This document shows positions 9,874-19,172 of a stretch of DNA of 64,000 nt, one piece after another (the stretch's first letter is position 1; every line of letters starts with the position of its first letter). The notes under the pieces are model-generated. The model searched no databases. It had not been told where the DNA came from and saw only the letters and a program-made list of their open reading frames with translations. Source of the DNA: Candidatus Omnitrophota bacterium (GTDB taxonomy: Bacteria > Omnitrophota > Gorgyraeia > Zapsychrales > Fredricksoniimonadaceae); contig JBGAJA010000001.1 of NCBI GenBank assembly GCA_044225175.1, positions 134,994 through 198,993 of the forward strand. The letters are read 5' to 3'. A program made the translations under genes and the position numbers.

Positions 9874-12774
9874 ATGAAATTTAAATTTGATGCTAATCAA
9901 CAATATCAACTAGACGCTGTGAATGCAGTAGTCGAGCTTTTTAAAGGGCAGCGTGAGAACCGCGGAGCCTATGAGATCAGTTTTCGCAAAGAGACTCAGT
10001 TTATGGGGCAATCCATGACTCAGAAAACGCTTGGTTTGGGGAATAATTTGGATATTGATGACGCTATTCTGCAAGATAATCTCACCTTAGTTCAAAAGAA
10101 TAACAGTATTTTTCAAGAAGCCTCAATTCATTCTAGAGGGCGGAATTTCTCTATTGAGATGGAAACAGGGACGGGTAAGACCTATGTTTATCTGCGAATG
10201 CTTTTTGAATTGAATAAAGTTTATGGTTTTAAGAAATTTATCATTGTTGTGCCATCGGTGGCCATCCGTGAAGGGGTTTTGAAATCTATTGAGATGATGG
10301 AGTCGCATTTTCGTGAGCTTTATAACAATGTGCCTTTTGATAAATTCCTTTATGATTCCAAAGATGTTGCCAAGCTTCGAGGGTTTGCCACAAGCAATGA
10401 AATGCAATTGATGATTATTAATATCGATTCATTCAACAAAAAATCTATCAACATCATTTATGACTATCGCGACCAGATGAGCGGCTATAAGCCGATTGAA
10501 TTTGTGCAGGCAACAAATCCTATTGTCATTATGGATGAGCCACAGAATATGGAAAGTGATAAGGCCAAAGAAGCCATTGCCTCTCTAAATCCGTTATGTA
10601 CGTTACGTTATTCTGCAACACATCGGGATAAGTACAATCTCATTTATCAATTAGATCCGATTAAAGCCTTCCAGATGCGCTTGGTTAAGAAGATATCAGT
10701 GAATTCCGTCACAGCTGAAAGCGATCCCACGCAAACATATCTAAGGGTGGAAGAAATCAAGAATCAAAGAGGCAGTTTTAAGGTCAAGCTTTCCTATTTT
10801 GAGCAAACTAAAGATGGGGTTCAAAAGAAAAGTAAGCAGTTTAAACAGCACGATGATCTTTTTGTGGCTTCTAAAGAATATGAGCCATATCGCAATGGAT
10901 TTGTTATTGATGAAATAAATGCGCGCCCGGGGATGGAGTTTGTGCGGTTTGCTAATGGAATTAGGCTGGGACTTGGGGAAGAGCAGGGAGGCAACCGAGA
11001 CGATATTGTAAAGAAGCAAATTAAAGAGACGATCAAAGCTCATTTTGAAAAAGAATATCAGGTCAAGGATATGGGTATCAAGGTATTGTCCTTATTCTTT
11101 TTGGATCGTGTTGAAAATTACCGTATTCATAAAAAAGATAGTTATGAATTAGGGAAATATGCCCAGTGGTTTGAAGAAATTTATACCAAGCTAGGGCAAG
11201 AATACCAAACATTGTTTAAGCAAGATGTTATGCCCGCTGATAAAGTCCACAATGGTTATTTTGCCAAAGATAAAAAGGGTGATTATAAGAATACATCGGG
11301 TGATACCAAGGATGATGAGGATACATATTCCCTGATCATGCAGGATAAAGAAAAACTTTTGGATCTATCTAATTCCTTGAAGTTTATTTTTTCGCATTCG
11401 GCTCTTCGTGAAGGATGGGACAATCCAAATGTTTTTCAAATCTGTAATTTGAGAGAAATGGGAACTGCTACGGAACGCAGGCAAACAATTGGACGAGGGT
11501 TGCGTTTGCCAGTGTCAGCATTAACAGGTGAACGGGTTCGTGATGAATATGTAAATAATTTAGTCGTGGTATGCACGGAATCTTTTAAAGACTTTGTGGA
11601 AGGTCTACAGAAAGAATTAGAAGACGATTGTGGCGTTGTTTTTGGTCGTTTGCCAATTGAAGCGTTTGTGGGGATTGATTTTAAGCAGTATGGCATGGAC
11701 AAGCTTGATAAAGAGTCATCCCAAGAGATTTGGAATCACCTTAAGAAAGACAAAGTGATCGCGGATGATGGGTTAATCTTATCGGCCTTTAAGGAAAAGG
11801 TCGATGCTCATACTTTTTCTGTTCCCGAAAAATACAAAGAAGTCACGAATGATATTATTCGCGCCATTGAGCAGTATCAAATGGAGCGCCATATCGAGGA
11901 TCATAATAAGAAGGTTAGAGTAAAGGTTAATGAAAAAGTTCTTTTAGATCCTGAATTTGAGAAATTCTGGAAGGCCATTAATACCAAAACAATTTATTCG
12001 GTCAAATACTCAACAGATGAGCTTATTGACAATGCTGTGCATGCGATATCCAAGATACCTAGGGTAGAACCATTGAGATTGCGCTCTGTTCTGGTTGGTC
12101 TTGATATTGATCAACGTGGGGTTACGGCTACCATGGAAAAGACTCCAGATGTGGAATATTCCAGTAAAGCTGTTCAACTGCCCGACATTTTATCTTATGT
12201 GCAAAGCAAGGTTGAACTAACACGCAGTACTATTTTTCAGATTTTAAAGAAATCCAGCCGATTGGATGAGTTTTCTATCAATCCCCAGCAATTTATGGAT
12301 GCTGTTGTTAAGGAAATCCGAGATGTACTTCACCGAATGGTGATTGAAGGAATTCAGTATGAAAAGCTTGATGAAATATCTTATGAGATGTCTTTATTCC
12401 GTGTAGATGAGCACAAAATGATGTTTGCGCAGGATAGAGTGGTGCCCACACAAAAGTCAGTCTATGACTATATTTTATGGGAATCAGGGGTAGAAAAGCG
12501 ATTTGCTGAAGGATTGGAAGGTTTAAAGAATATCAAATATTTTATTAAATTGCCCAGCTGGTTCAAAATTGAAACGCCTATTGGTACATATAATCCCGAT
12601 TGGGCAATTTTGAAGGAAAACGGCAAGATTGTCTATATGGTTCGAGAAACCAAGGCAACGAAGGAACAATTGAAACTGCGCTTACCCGAAGTAGACAAAA
12701 TCGAATGCGGCCGCCAGCATTTTCTCGCAATTGGCGTGAATTATGATGTTGCCACTTCGGTTGAAGAATTATGA
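9874..12774 (+). CDS. res: Type III restriction enzyme Res subunit (SF2 helicase plus PD-(D/E)xK nuclease)
   Basis: N-terminus MKFKFD...QLDAVNAVVELF is typical of Res. Walker A TGTGKT, DExx box IMDEPQN, C-terminal PD...ETK nuclease motif. Starts 3 nt after the mod stop. Confidence 0.8.
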   Translation: MKFKFDANQQYQLDAVNAVVELFKGQRENRGAYEISFRKETQFMGQSMTQKTLGLGNNLDIDDAILQDNLTLVQKNNSIFQEASIHSRGRNFSIEMETGTGKTYVYLRMLFELNKVYGFKKFIIVVPSVAIREGVLKSIEMMESHFRELYNNVPFDKFLYDSKDVAKLRGFATSNEMQLMIINIDSFNKKSINIIYDYRDQMSGYKPIEFVQATNPIVIMDEPQNMESDKAKEAIASLNPLCTLRYSATHRDKYNLIYQLDPIKAFQMRLVKKISVNSVTAESDPTQTYLRVEEIKNQRGSFKVKLSYFEQTKDGVQKKSKQFKQHDDLFVASKEYEPYRNGFVIDEINARPGMEFVRFANGIRLGLGEEQGGNRDDIVKKQIKETIKAHFEKEYQVKDMGIKVLSLFFLDRVENYRIHKKDSYELGKYAQWFEEIYTKLGQEYQTLFKQDVMPADKVHNGYFAKDKKGDYKNTSGDTKDDEDTYSLIMQDKEKLLDLSNSLKFIFSHSALREGWDNPNVFQICNLREMGTATERRQTIGRGLRLPVSALTGERVRDEYVNNLVVVCTESFKDFVEGLQKELEDDCGVVFGRLPIEAFVGIDFKQYGMDKLDKESSQEIWNHLKKDKVIADDGLILSAFKEKVDAHTFSVPEKYKEVTNDIIRAIEQYQMERHIEDHNKKVRVKVNEKVLLDPEFEKFWKAINTKTIYSVKYSTDELIDNAVHAISKIPRVEPLRLRSVLVGLDIDQRGVTATMEKTPDVEYSSKAVQLPDILSYVQSKVELTRSTIFQILKKSSRLDEFSINPQQFMDAVVKEIRDVLHRMVIEGIQYEKLDEISYEMSLFRVDEHKMMFAQDRVVPTQKSVYDYILWESGVEKRFAEGLEGLKNIKYFIKLPSWFKIETPIGTYNPDWAILKENGKIVYMVRETKATKEQLKLRLPEVDKIECGRQHFLAIGVNYDVATSVEEL

Positions 12775-12808
12775 AAAACCTAACGCCACTTAAAAGCACA
12801 TTAATATC

Positions 12809-13957
12809 ATGACCCGAGGCATTTTAATAGAAATTAACCCACAGCTCTTAAGATATGCTAGAGAGAGGGTTGGTTTGAATATTGAAGAAGCTGAAGCGCA
12901 TTCTGGTGTAGGCGATTTAGCTGTTCTAGAAAAGTCCGGGGGATATCTAAATTTATCCAATCTACGACAGCTCTCAAGTCTTTACAAAAGAGCTATTCCA
13001 TTCTTCTTATTGCCTGAGACTCCTAAAGAAAAACCAATACCAACAGAATTGAGAACAATTGCATCCCAAAGAAATGTTCATTTTTCATATGAAACTTGGT
13101 TAGCATTTAATAGAGGGTTGGATATACAAGCTATTGCTAAAGAATTGGCTGACAATATCGGCTATAAGAATAAATTGAACTTTAAATATATTAACTTAGA
13201 AAATGATCCGGAAAACGAAGCTCTAAATTTTAGAAAACATATAAAGCTGACTTTAGAAATACAAAGGAAATGGAAGAATTCTAGCGCTGCGTATACAGAA
13301 TTAAGAAAAATGATTGAAGAGATAGGTATCCTCACAGCTCAATGGCCTTTTCCATTTGAAGAAGCGAGAGGTTTTGCTATTAATGATCTAGAATTTCCAA
13401 TGATTATGGTTAATAGTAAAGACTGGCTTAATGGTCAGATATTTACTCTCTGTCATGAGCTCGCTCATATCTTGCTTAATCATAGTGGAGTTGTTCAAAA
13501 TGATCTCACCTTAACTTCCCGCCATAGAACAATAGAATCATTCTGTAATCATTTCGCTGGCGCGGTACTTGTTCCTAAGAAGGCCTTACTTGACAAATTA
13601 CCCTCAGATATTAATTTTGAGAAGGAGGAAGACGATTCAAAACTGCAAAGGTTGGCAACTTTCTTTCGTGTAAGTAAAGAAGCTATTCTTAGAAGGCTTG
13701 TAATTTTAGAGATAGTAAAACAAGATTTCTACAAGACCAAAAGAGCCCAGTGGGAAGTAGAATTCAAAAAATTATCTCCTCGCAAGATATTTGCTTCGGA
13801 CCCAGCTAAGCAATGCCTTACAAGAAACGGAAAGAAAGTCCTCGAATTAGGCTTTAAGAATTATAATTCCGGTAAAATCGGTGATTACGACTTTGGCTCT
13901 TATTTTAATGTTAAAGCTAAACATATTTCTAATATTGAACATATTTACCATTCATGA
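12809..13957 (+). CDS. XRE-family HTH fused to ImmA/IrrE-type zinc metallopeptidase domain
   Basis: N-terminal HTH_XRE-like segment. HEXXH (CHELAHILLNH) in the C-terminal half, typical of ImmA/IrrE (COG2856) peptidases. Confidence 0.7.
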   Translation: MTRGILIEINPQLLRYARERVGLNIEEAEAHSGVGDLAVLEKSGGYLNLSNLRQLSSLYKRAIPFFLLPETPKEKPIPTELRTIASQRNVHFSYETWLAFNRGLDIQAIAKELADNIGYKNKLNFKYINLENDPENEALNFRKHIKLTLEIQRKWKNSSAAYTELRKMIEEIGILTAQWPFPFEEARGFAINDLEFPMIMVNSKDWLNGQIFTLCHELAHILLNHSGVVQNDLTLTSRHRTIESFCNHFAGAVLVPKKALLDKLPSDINFEKEEDDSKLQRLATFFRVSKEAILRRLVILEIVKQDFYKTKRAQWEVEFKKLSPRKIFASDPAKQCLTRNGKKVLELGFKNYNSGKIGDYDFGSYFNVKAKHISNIEHIYHS

Positions 13958-14397
13958 AGAAATATTGTTTTGATACCTCAAGTTATATTCAATTTAAGCG
14001 ATATTACCCGCAAATACATCCAAAATTTAAAGATGACTGGACAAAATTCGAAGCAATGATTGACAAGGGATTAATTGTTTCCCCAAATGAAGTATTCGAA
14101 GAAATTGAAGAAGGTGGAGATGGGCTTTTTGATTGGATAAGAACCAGAAAAGATAAGATATTTGTTCTGCCAGATACGGCGATTTTTCAAAAGATGGGAG
14201 ATTTACTTAAAACTCATCCTGAATTACATGACATAAAAAAGAAGAGACATGATGCCGATCCATATGTAGTAGCTTTTGCTTCCTTAAATGGTGCAATTGT
14301 GGTTGCAGAAGAAAAGAAAATAAGGCTAATTTGTGAGAAATATAAAATAAAATCTATAAGTTTATTGGAATTCTTTAATGAATGTGACTTTCAATAA
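13954..14397 (+). CDS. PIN-like DUF4411-family protein (candidate toxin partner of the ImmA-like gene)
   Basis: 147 aa. N-terminal CFDTSSYI acidic motif fits a PIN-like fold. Start overlaps the ImmA-like stop, the pairing usually seen for DUF4411 genes. Family assignment is from memory, not a search. Confidence 0.45.
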   Translation: MKKYCFDTSSYIQFKRYYPQIHPKFKDDWTKFEAMIDKGLIVSPNEVFEEIEEGGDGLFDWIRTRKDKIFVLPDTAIFQKMGDLLKTHPELHDIKKKRHDADPYVVAFASLNGAIVVAEEKKIRLICEKYKIKSISLLEFFNECDFQ

Positions 14398-14436
14398 AGA
14401 ATAGGGACGCACCCCTAGTATTAAGGATAGGTAATC

Positions 14437-15096
14437 ATGGACAAAACCTTTTGGCATCACAAGTGGGAGGCAGGTGATACTGCGTTTCACCAAGATCAAG
14501 TTAATCCTGCTTTATGTAAATATTTCGATCAACTGAAAGTTAATAAAGGTGCGCGTATTCTTGTTCCTCTATGCGGTAAAACCTCAGATATAGCGTGGCT
14601 TTTATCGCAAGGGTATCAGGTGGTCGGGGTTGAATTAAGCCAAAAGGCCATTGATCAATTATTTGAAAACCTTGGAACTAAACCAATGATCAACCGTTTG
14701 GGTGCGTTTGAGCATTATCATGCTGAAAATATAGATATTTTGATAGGGGATTTCTTTCAGGTATCCAAAGGGATACTAGGCCATGTGGACGCCGTTTATG
14801 ATCGAGCCGCTTTGGTTGCTTTGCCTTATGAAATGCGAGAAAAATATACCAAACATTTATCGAGCATCTCAAATCAGGTGCCTCAATTACTGATTTGCTA
14901 TGAGTATGATCAGCGTTTACAAGAAGGCCCGCCTTTTTCAGTAAATAAAGAGGAAGTGAAGCGGCATTACAGCAATTTGTTTGAATTAACATTGCTTGAA
15001 ACGATAGACATTCCAGGCGGGCTTAAAGGTAAATGTGCTGCTCAAGAGGATGTGTGGTTGTTAAAAGCAAGAACAGGTAAGCAGAAAAATGTTTAA
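14437..15096 (+). CDS. tpm: thiopurine S-methyltransferase
   Basis: N-terminus FWHHKWEAGDTAFHQDQVNPALCKYF matches the TPMT family signature. SAM-binding class I MTase core. Confidence 0.8.
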   Translation: MDKTFWHHKWEAGDTAFHQDQVNPALCKYFDQLKVNKGARILVPLCGKTSDIAWLLSQGYQVVGVELSQKAIDQLFENLGTKPMINRLGAFEHYHAENIDILIGDFFQVSKGILGHVDAVYDRAALVALPYEMREKYTKHLSSISNQVPQLLICYEYDQRLQEGPPFSVNKEEVKRHYSNLFELTLLETIDIPGGLKGKCAAQEDVWLLKARTGKQKNV

Positions 15097-15223
15097 CGCA
15101 GCTGTAGTTTGTGGTAAAAAGTAGGTCAACGGTTTCCCAAATCGTTTGATATATAGCAGGGCGCCTTTCCCCGGGTGCAGAGAAATAAAATCCAAATTAA
15201 CCTGACTCTTCAAGGAGGGGAAA

Positions 15224-16060
15224 ATGAATCTTCAGAAAATCAACGGTCAAAAATCAGTGTTCGAAAGTATTAAACAGCAATCACCAGAAGGTCAAGAATT
15301 TTGGTTAGCTAGAGAGTTTCAGAATATTTTGGATTATAAAGAATGGCGTAAGTTTTCTAACGTTATAGAAAAAGCAAAAGAAGCTTGTATCAATTCAGGT
15401 TACAAGATAAGTGACCATTTCGTCCATATGGACAAAATGGTCCAAATTGGATCTAAAACTCATAGAGTTGTATCCGATATCAGGCTGTCTAGATATGCCT
15501 GCTATTTAATCGTTCAAAACGCTGATCCGTCCAAACCTATCGTTGCATTAGGGCAAACCTATTTTGCGGTACAAACACGCAAACAGGAAATCATGGAGCG
15601 GGAGGATTATGCGAATTTAAGATCAGAAGATGAAAAACGTTTATTTTTACGTAATCAATTAAAGGTTAATAATAAGAAATTAGCAGGTGCTGCCAAAGAA
15701 GCAGGTGTCATTACAGCCTTGGATTATGCTATTTTTCAAGATCATGGATATAAAGGGCTTTACGGTGGTTTAGGAGCTAAAGATTTGCATGAACGTAAAC
15801 GATTGAAGAAAAGTCAGGAAATATTGGATCATATGGGCAGCACAGAGTTAGCAGCCAATCTATTTAGAGCAACTCAGACGGAAGAAAAGATCAAGCGTGA
15901 GCAAATTAAGGGTAAGATTAAAGCTAATGTTACGCATTATGAAGTAGGACAAAAAGTTCGCCAGACCATTAAGGAATTGGGCGGTACTATGCCTGAACAG
16001 TTGCCCGCCTCAGATAATATTAAAGTAGTTAAGAAGAAGCTATTAAAAGTTCGAAGGTAG
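15224..16060 (+). CDS. dinD: DNA damage-inducible protein D
   Basis: Long collinear similarity to E. coli DinD (LSRYACYLIVQNADPSKP..., GQTYFAVQTRKQE, DEKRLFLRNQLK, LDHMGSTELAANLFRATQTEEK). Confidence 0.85.
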   Translation: MNLQKINGQKSVFESIKQQSPEGQEFWLAREFQNILDYKEWRKFSNVIEKAKEACINSGYKISDHFVHMDKMVQIGSKTHRVVSDIRLSRYACYLIVQNADPSKPIVALGQTYFAVQTRKQEIMEREDYANLRSEDEKRLFLRNQLKVNNKKLAGAAKEAGVITALDYAIFQDHGYKGLYGGLGAKDLHERKRLKKSQEILDHMGSTELAANLFRATQTEEKIKREQIKGKIKANVTHYEVGQKVRQTIKELGGTMPEQLPASDNIKVVKKKLLKVRR

Positions 16061-16061
16061 A

Positions 16062-16340
16062 ATGAAGAAAGAAAAAGGTGCGCCAATGAATCAGGAAAAT
16101 TCTAAAATGGATAAAGATACCTTACGGACAGTTTTGGCTAATGAACGTACAATGCTGGCGTATGTTCGCACTGCATTGTCGGCGGTTATTTTCGGCATGG
16201 CGATATTGAAGTTCTTTTATGAGTCTGCTTTTTTGGTTGTTATCGGCTGGGTGGCGGTTATTAGCGGGATCTATGTTTTTGTACGGGGAATGTTGGAGTA
16301 TGCCATGCGTAATCGAACCATCCGAAACATGAATGATTAA
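16062..16340 (+). CDS. yidH: DUF202/YidH-family small inner-membrane protein
   Basis: ERTMLAYVRTALS motif followed by two TM helices, typical of DUF202. Confidence 0.6.
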   Translation: MKKEKGAPMNQENSKMDKDTLRTVLANERTMLAYVRTALSAVIFGMAILKFFYESAFLVVIGWVAVISGIYVFVRGMLEYAMRNRTIRNMND

Positions 16341-16463
16341 ATAATCAGGACACGATGAATTTCTAAAAGAGTAATTCCGGCAATTGTTGGGGTGGGATTA
16401 CATTTAACAAAGGCAGTGATTTTGTAGTAGCGATGTTGATAGGCATGGCGTTGGCTAAATTCC

Positions 16464-16494
16464 TCCGTATTACCACGTAGTTTCTTACGTATTT
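16464..16494 (+). promoter_or_regulatory. Direct-repeat array GTATT-N5-GTAGT-N7-GTATT (10 and 12 bp centre spacing), about 29 nt upstream of a TACAAT -10-like box; candidate activator site (copy A)
   Basis: Same array and spacing recur at 20548-20574 and 22190-22226. The adjacent conserved block GAATTTATTT and the downstream AATTAAAGCATGTT are also shared. Confidence 0.4.
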
Positions 16495-16536
16495 CATCGA
16501 ATTTATTTCCTTCCTAGCTCCAGCTACAATTAAAGC

Positions 16537-16947
16537 ATGTTTAAACCATGCATCTTACTGATTGAAGACCACAAAGAATACCGGGAAGCTGTATTACATT
16601 TTCTCGAGTTAAGTAATATCAAGGCGCATTTTTTAGAAGCTTCTTCAGGGGAAGAGGGTGTGCTTTTAGCCAAAACAAAGAAGCCTAGCATTGTAATCAT
16701 AGATTTCTCTTTGGGAGGGATTGATGGATTGGAGGTATCCCGCCAAATTAAAAAATATCTGCCTCAATGCAGCATTATCATGCTCAGCATGTACGACCCC
16801 AAGGAAATTCTTCGAAGAAATGGACACGGAAATGTCAGCTCTTTTGTCAATAAAAGCGATCTATATGAACAGCTTGTACCTGCTATTAACAAGATTCTGA
16901 TTGATTCTAAAAAGAATAGAAAATATTTATTGAGTAAGAAAGGGTAG
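16537..16947 (+). CDS. single-domain response regulator (CheY-like receiver only)
   Basis: ILLIEDH...IVIIDFSLGGIDGL receiver motifs with the phospho-acceptor Asp. No output domain. Confidence 0.75.
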   Translation: MFKPCILLIEDHKEYREAVLHFLELSNIKAHFLEASSGEEGVLLAKTKKPSIVIIDFSLGGIDGLEVSRQIKKYLPQCSIIMLSMYDPKEILRRNGHGNVSSFVNKSDLYEQLVPAINKILIDSKKNRKYLLSKKG

Positions 16948-16949
16948 TT

Positions 16950-19172
16950 ATGTTTTGGAAATGGTTTCCATGGAGGTATTTGGTACGAAATGCTGCACGC
17001 AGGCGGGGTTTTTTGGATCCAGTCAAGATTCTTTCTCAAACACAAAATTTTGTTCAACCTTCGGAAGTAGCTGCACCTACGGAATTATTACGCTTGGGTG
17101 TTGTTTTACACGCCCGAGGGTTGATGAACAGTCTAGCGATTCAGCATAATCTTGACTGGATCTGGCCTTATTGGGTGGAATGTCAATACAATCCCCGCAA
17201 TCAAGCATTTATCCCTCGTGCATTTTCTTTGACACAAATCAATCTTACACAACGAAATTGGACGGCCATAGGCCTTCCCGGAAGCGACAAATTTCCCATT
17301 GTAGATCCACGAGGTCTTTTAACGCCGCATTATGACGGATGGTCTATTGATGTCTGGATTATTCCTAAAAACGGCCAGCCTTTGATTCCATCACGGATGC
17401 CATCGGTTGCTCAGAAATTAAATATCAACGGTAATCTTTCGGTCACAACGCAATCTTGTCTTGATCAAATGGAACTTCGCACGAAGGCGCAGGTCATTGG
17501 TTCTCCTGAATCACCTATTTGCAGAATGGAAATTTCTGGATTCTCGCTATTAGATGCTTGGCTAGTTATATCGTTACGTCCATATAATCCCGAAGGGGTA
17601 AGTTTTATTCAAAATATCGCTTTGCTGGACCATCATTTGGGTTGGCAGGTGAATAAGAAGCATCGTGTATATTTCGATACCCCTACCGATCAATGTGAAT
17701 TTTCTTATTATGCTCATGGAGATGTTTATAGCCGCCTGCCTGCCGGACAGGCAGCTTTGCCATCCAAAGAAGACAAGACCGAAGTTTTCTGTAAAGTTGG
17801 TATGGCAACCGCCGCAGCCATGTATCGAATCAAAGGTGGGAAAGAGCGTGAGATTGTTGTTGAAATACCATTGATAGACTTTCCTTTTGAAAAAGAATCT
17901 CATGAACATTATCCACAAGTGGCAGAGAAATCCTGGGACAATAATTTAAAAAATAAATGTTCTTTGAAAATCCCTGATCAACATTTTCAGTTTCTTTATG
18001 AGGCAGCGATACGTACGTTGATATTGCATTCTCCTAATGAAGTGTATCCTGGACCTTTTCTTTATCGGCGATTTTGGTTTCGTGATGCTGCATTCATTTT
18101 GAATGCTTTATTATGTGTAGGTTTTAAGGAACGTGTAGCCATGGTCCTGGATTGTTTTCGTCATAAACAGAATAGAAATGGATATTTTCTTTCCCAAGAA
18201 GGTGAATGGGATTCCAATGGGGAAGCATTGTGGATCATGCAGCGTTATTGTGCGTTGACTGGAAATCCACCACCGGATCAATGGAAGCAATCTATTGATA
18301 AAGGTGGACGCTGGATCCATGAAAAACGTTTGCCTGCCGGCTCAAAATTGGATCACGCGGGTTTACTTCCTGCGGGATTTAGTGCCGAACATTTTGGACC
18401 GAATGATTTTTATTATTGGGATGATTTCTGGGGTGTGGCTGGTTTAAAATCAGCGGCAAGTTTATGTAAGGCCTATAAAGATAATAATGAAGCTGGACAT
18501 TTTGAAGAAGAGGCTCATAAGTTATCAGAGTGTATTGATCAAAGTCTTAAACATGTGAGTTCACGTTTAAAAAGATTAGCTGTCCCATCATCCCCATATA
18601 GGCGTTTGGATACAGCAGCTATAGGTTCTTTAGTGGCAAGTTATCCTTTGCGTTTATGGAAAGAAGATGATTCTCGGATGTTGGATACAATTGAGTTTTT
18701 AATGCAAATGTGCATGTTCGAAGATGGTTTTTTTCATGATATGAGTCATTCAGGAATTAACCCTTATCTGACTCTCCATTTGGCGCAGGCTCTTTTACGG
18801 GCTGGAGATAAACGATATTTTGATTTGATGAAAGCAATTGCCAAGCTTGCTTCACCAACGGGACAATGGCCGGAAGCGATACATCCTATTACTAAAGGAG
18901 GATGTATGGGCGATGGACAACATGCCTGGGCTGCTGCAGAATGGATTATGATGATCAGAAATTGTTTTGTGCGTGAAGAGGAAAATCGATTGATTTTATG
19001 TTCAGGAATTCCAAAAGAATGGCTTGATAAGCAACAGACTATGTCTTTTGGACCAACTCCAACAGAATTTGGTGATATCCAAATAATCATCACATTTGCC
19101 GGAGAAAAACCAAAAGTAGAATGGAAAGGTCAATGGCGTGGAAAGTCACCTGAAATTGAGGTGCGACTATGA
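16950..19172 (+). CDS. six-hairpin (alpha/alpha)6 glycoside hydrolase-like protein (GDE_C/GH15/GH63-like), function unknown
   Basis: 740 aa. FWFRDAAF resembles the WGRD motif of GDE_C/GH15-type glycosidases. Coupled to the downstream GT4. Family call is tentative. Confidence 0.4.
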   Translation: MFWKWFPWRYLVRNAARRRGFLDPVKILSQTQNFVQPSEVAAPTELLRLGVVLHARGLMNSLAIQHNLDWIWPYWVECQYNPRNQAFIPRAFSLTQINLTQRNWTAIGLPGSDKFPIVDPRGLLTPHYDGWSIDVWIIPKNGQPLIPSRMPSVAQKLNINGNLSVTTQSCLDQMELRTKAQVIGSPESPICRMEISGFSLLDAWLVISLRPYNPEGVSFIQNIALLDHHLGWQVNKKHRVYFDTPTDQCEFSYYAHGDVYSRLPAGQAALPSKEDKTEVFCKVGMATAAAMYRIKGGKEREIVVEIPLIDFPFEKESHEHYPQVAEKSWDNNLKNKCSLKIPDQHFQFLYEAAIRTLILHSPNEVYPGPFLYRRFWFRDAAFILNALLCVGFKERVAMVLDCFRHKQNRNGYFLSQEGEWDSNGEALWIMQRYCALTGNPPPDQWKQSIDKGGRWIHEKRLPAGSKLDHAGLLPAGFSAEHFGPNDFYYWDDFWGVAGLKSAASLCKAYKDNNEAGHFEEEAHKLSECIDQSLKHVSSRLKRLAVPSSPYRRLDTAAIGSLVASYPLRLWKEDDSRMLDTIEFLMQMCMFEDGFFHDMSHSGINPYLTLHLAQALLRAGDKRYFDLMKAIAKLASPTGQWPEAIHPITKGGCMGDGQHAWAAAEWIMMIRNCFVREEENRLILCSGIPKEWLDKQQTMSFGPTPTEFGDIQIIITFAGEKPKVEWKGQWRGKSPEIEVRL

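Noticed and set aside
16955-17149. Small same-strand alternative-frame ORFs inside larger genes (also 30331-30513, 32266-32466, 41537-41737, 45502-45699, 50337-50528, 54867-55082, 58095-58283, 60130-60405)
   Set aside because: All are nested out-of-frame inside confidently assigned CDSs. No evidence of independent expression.
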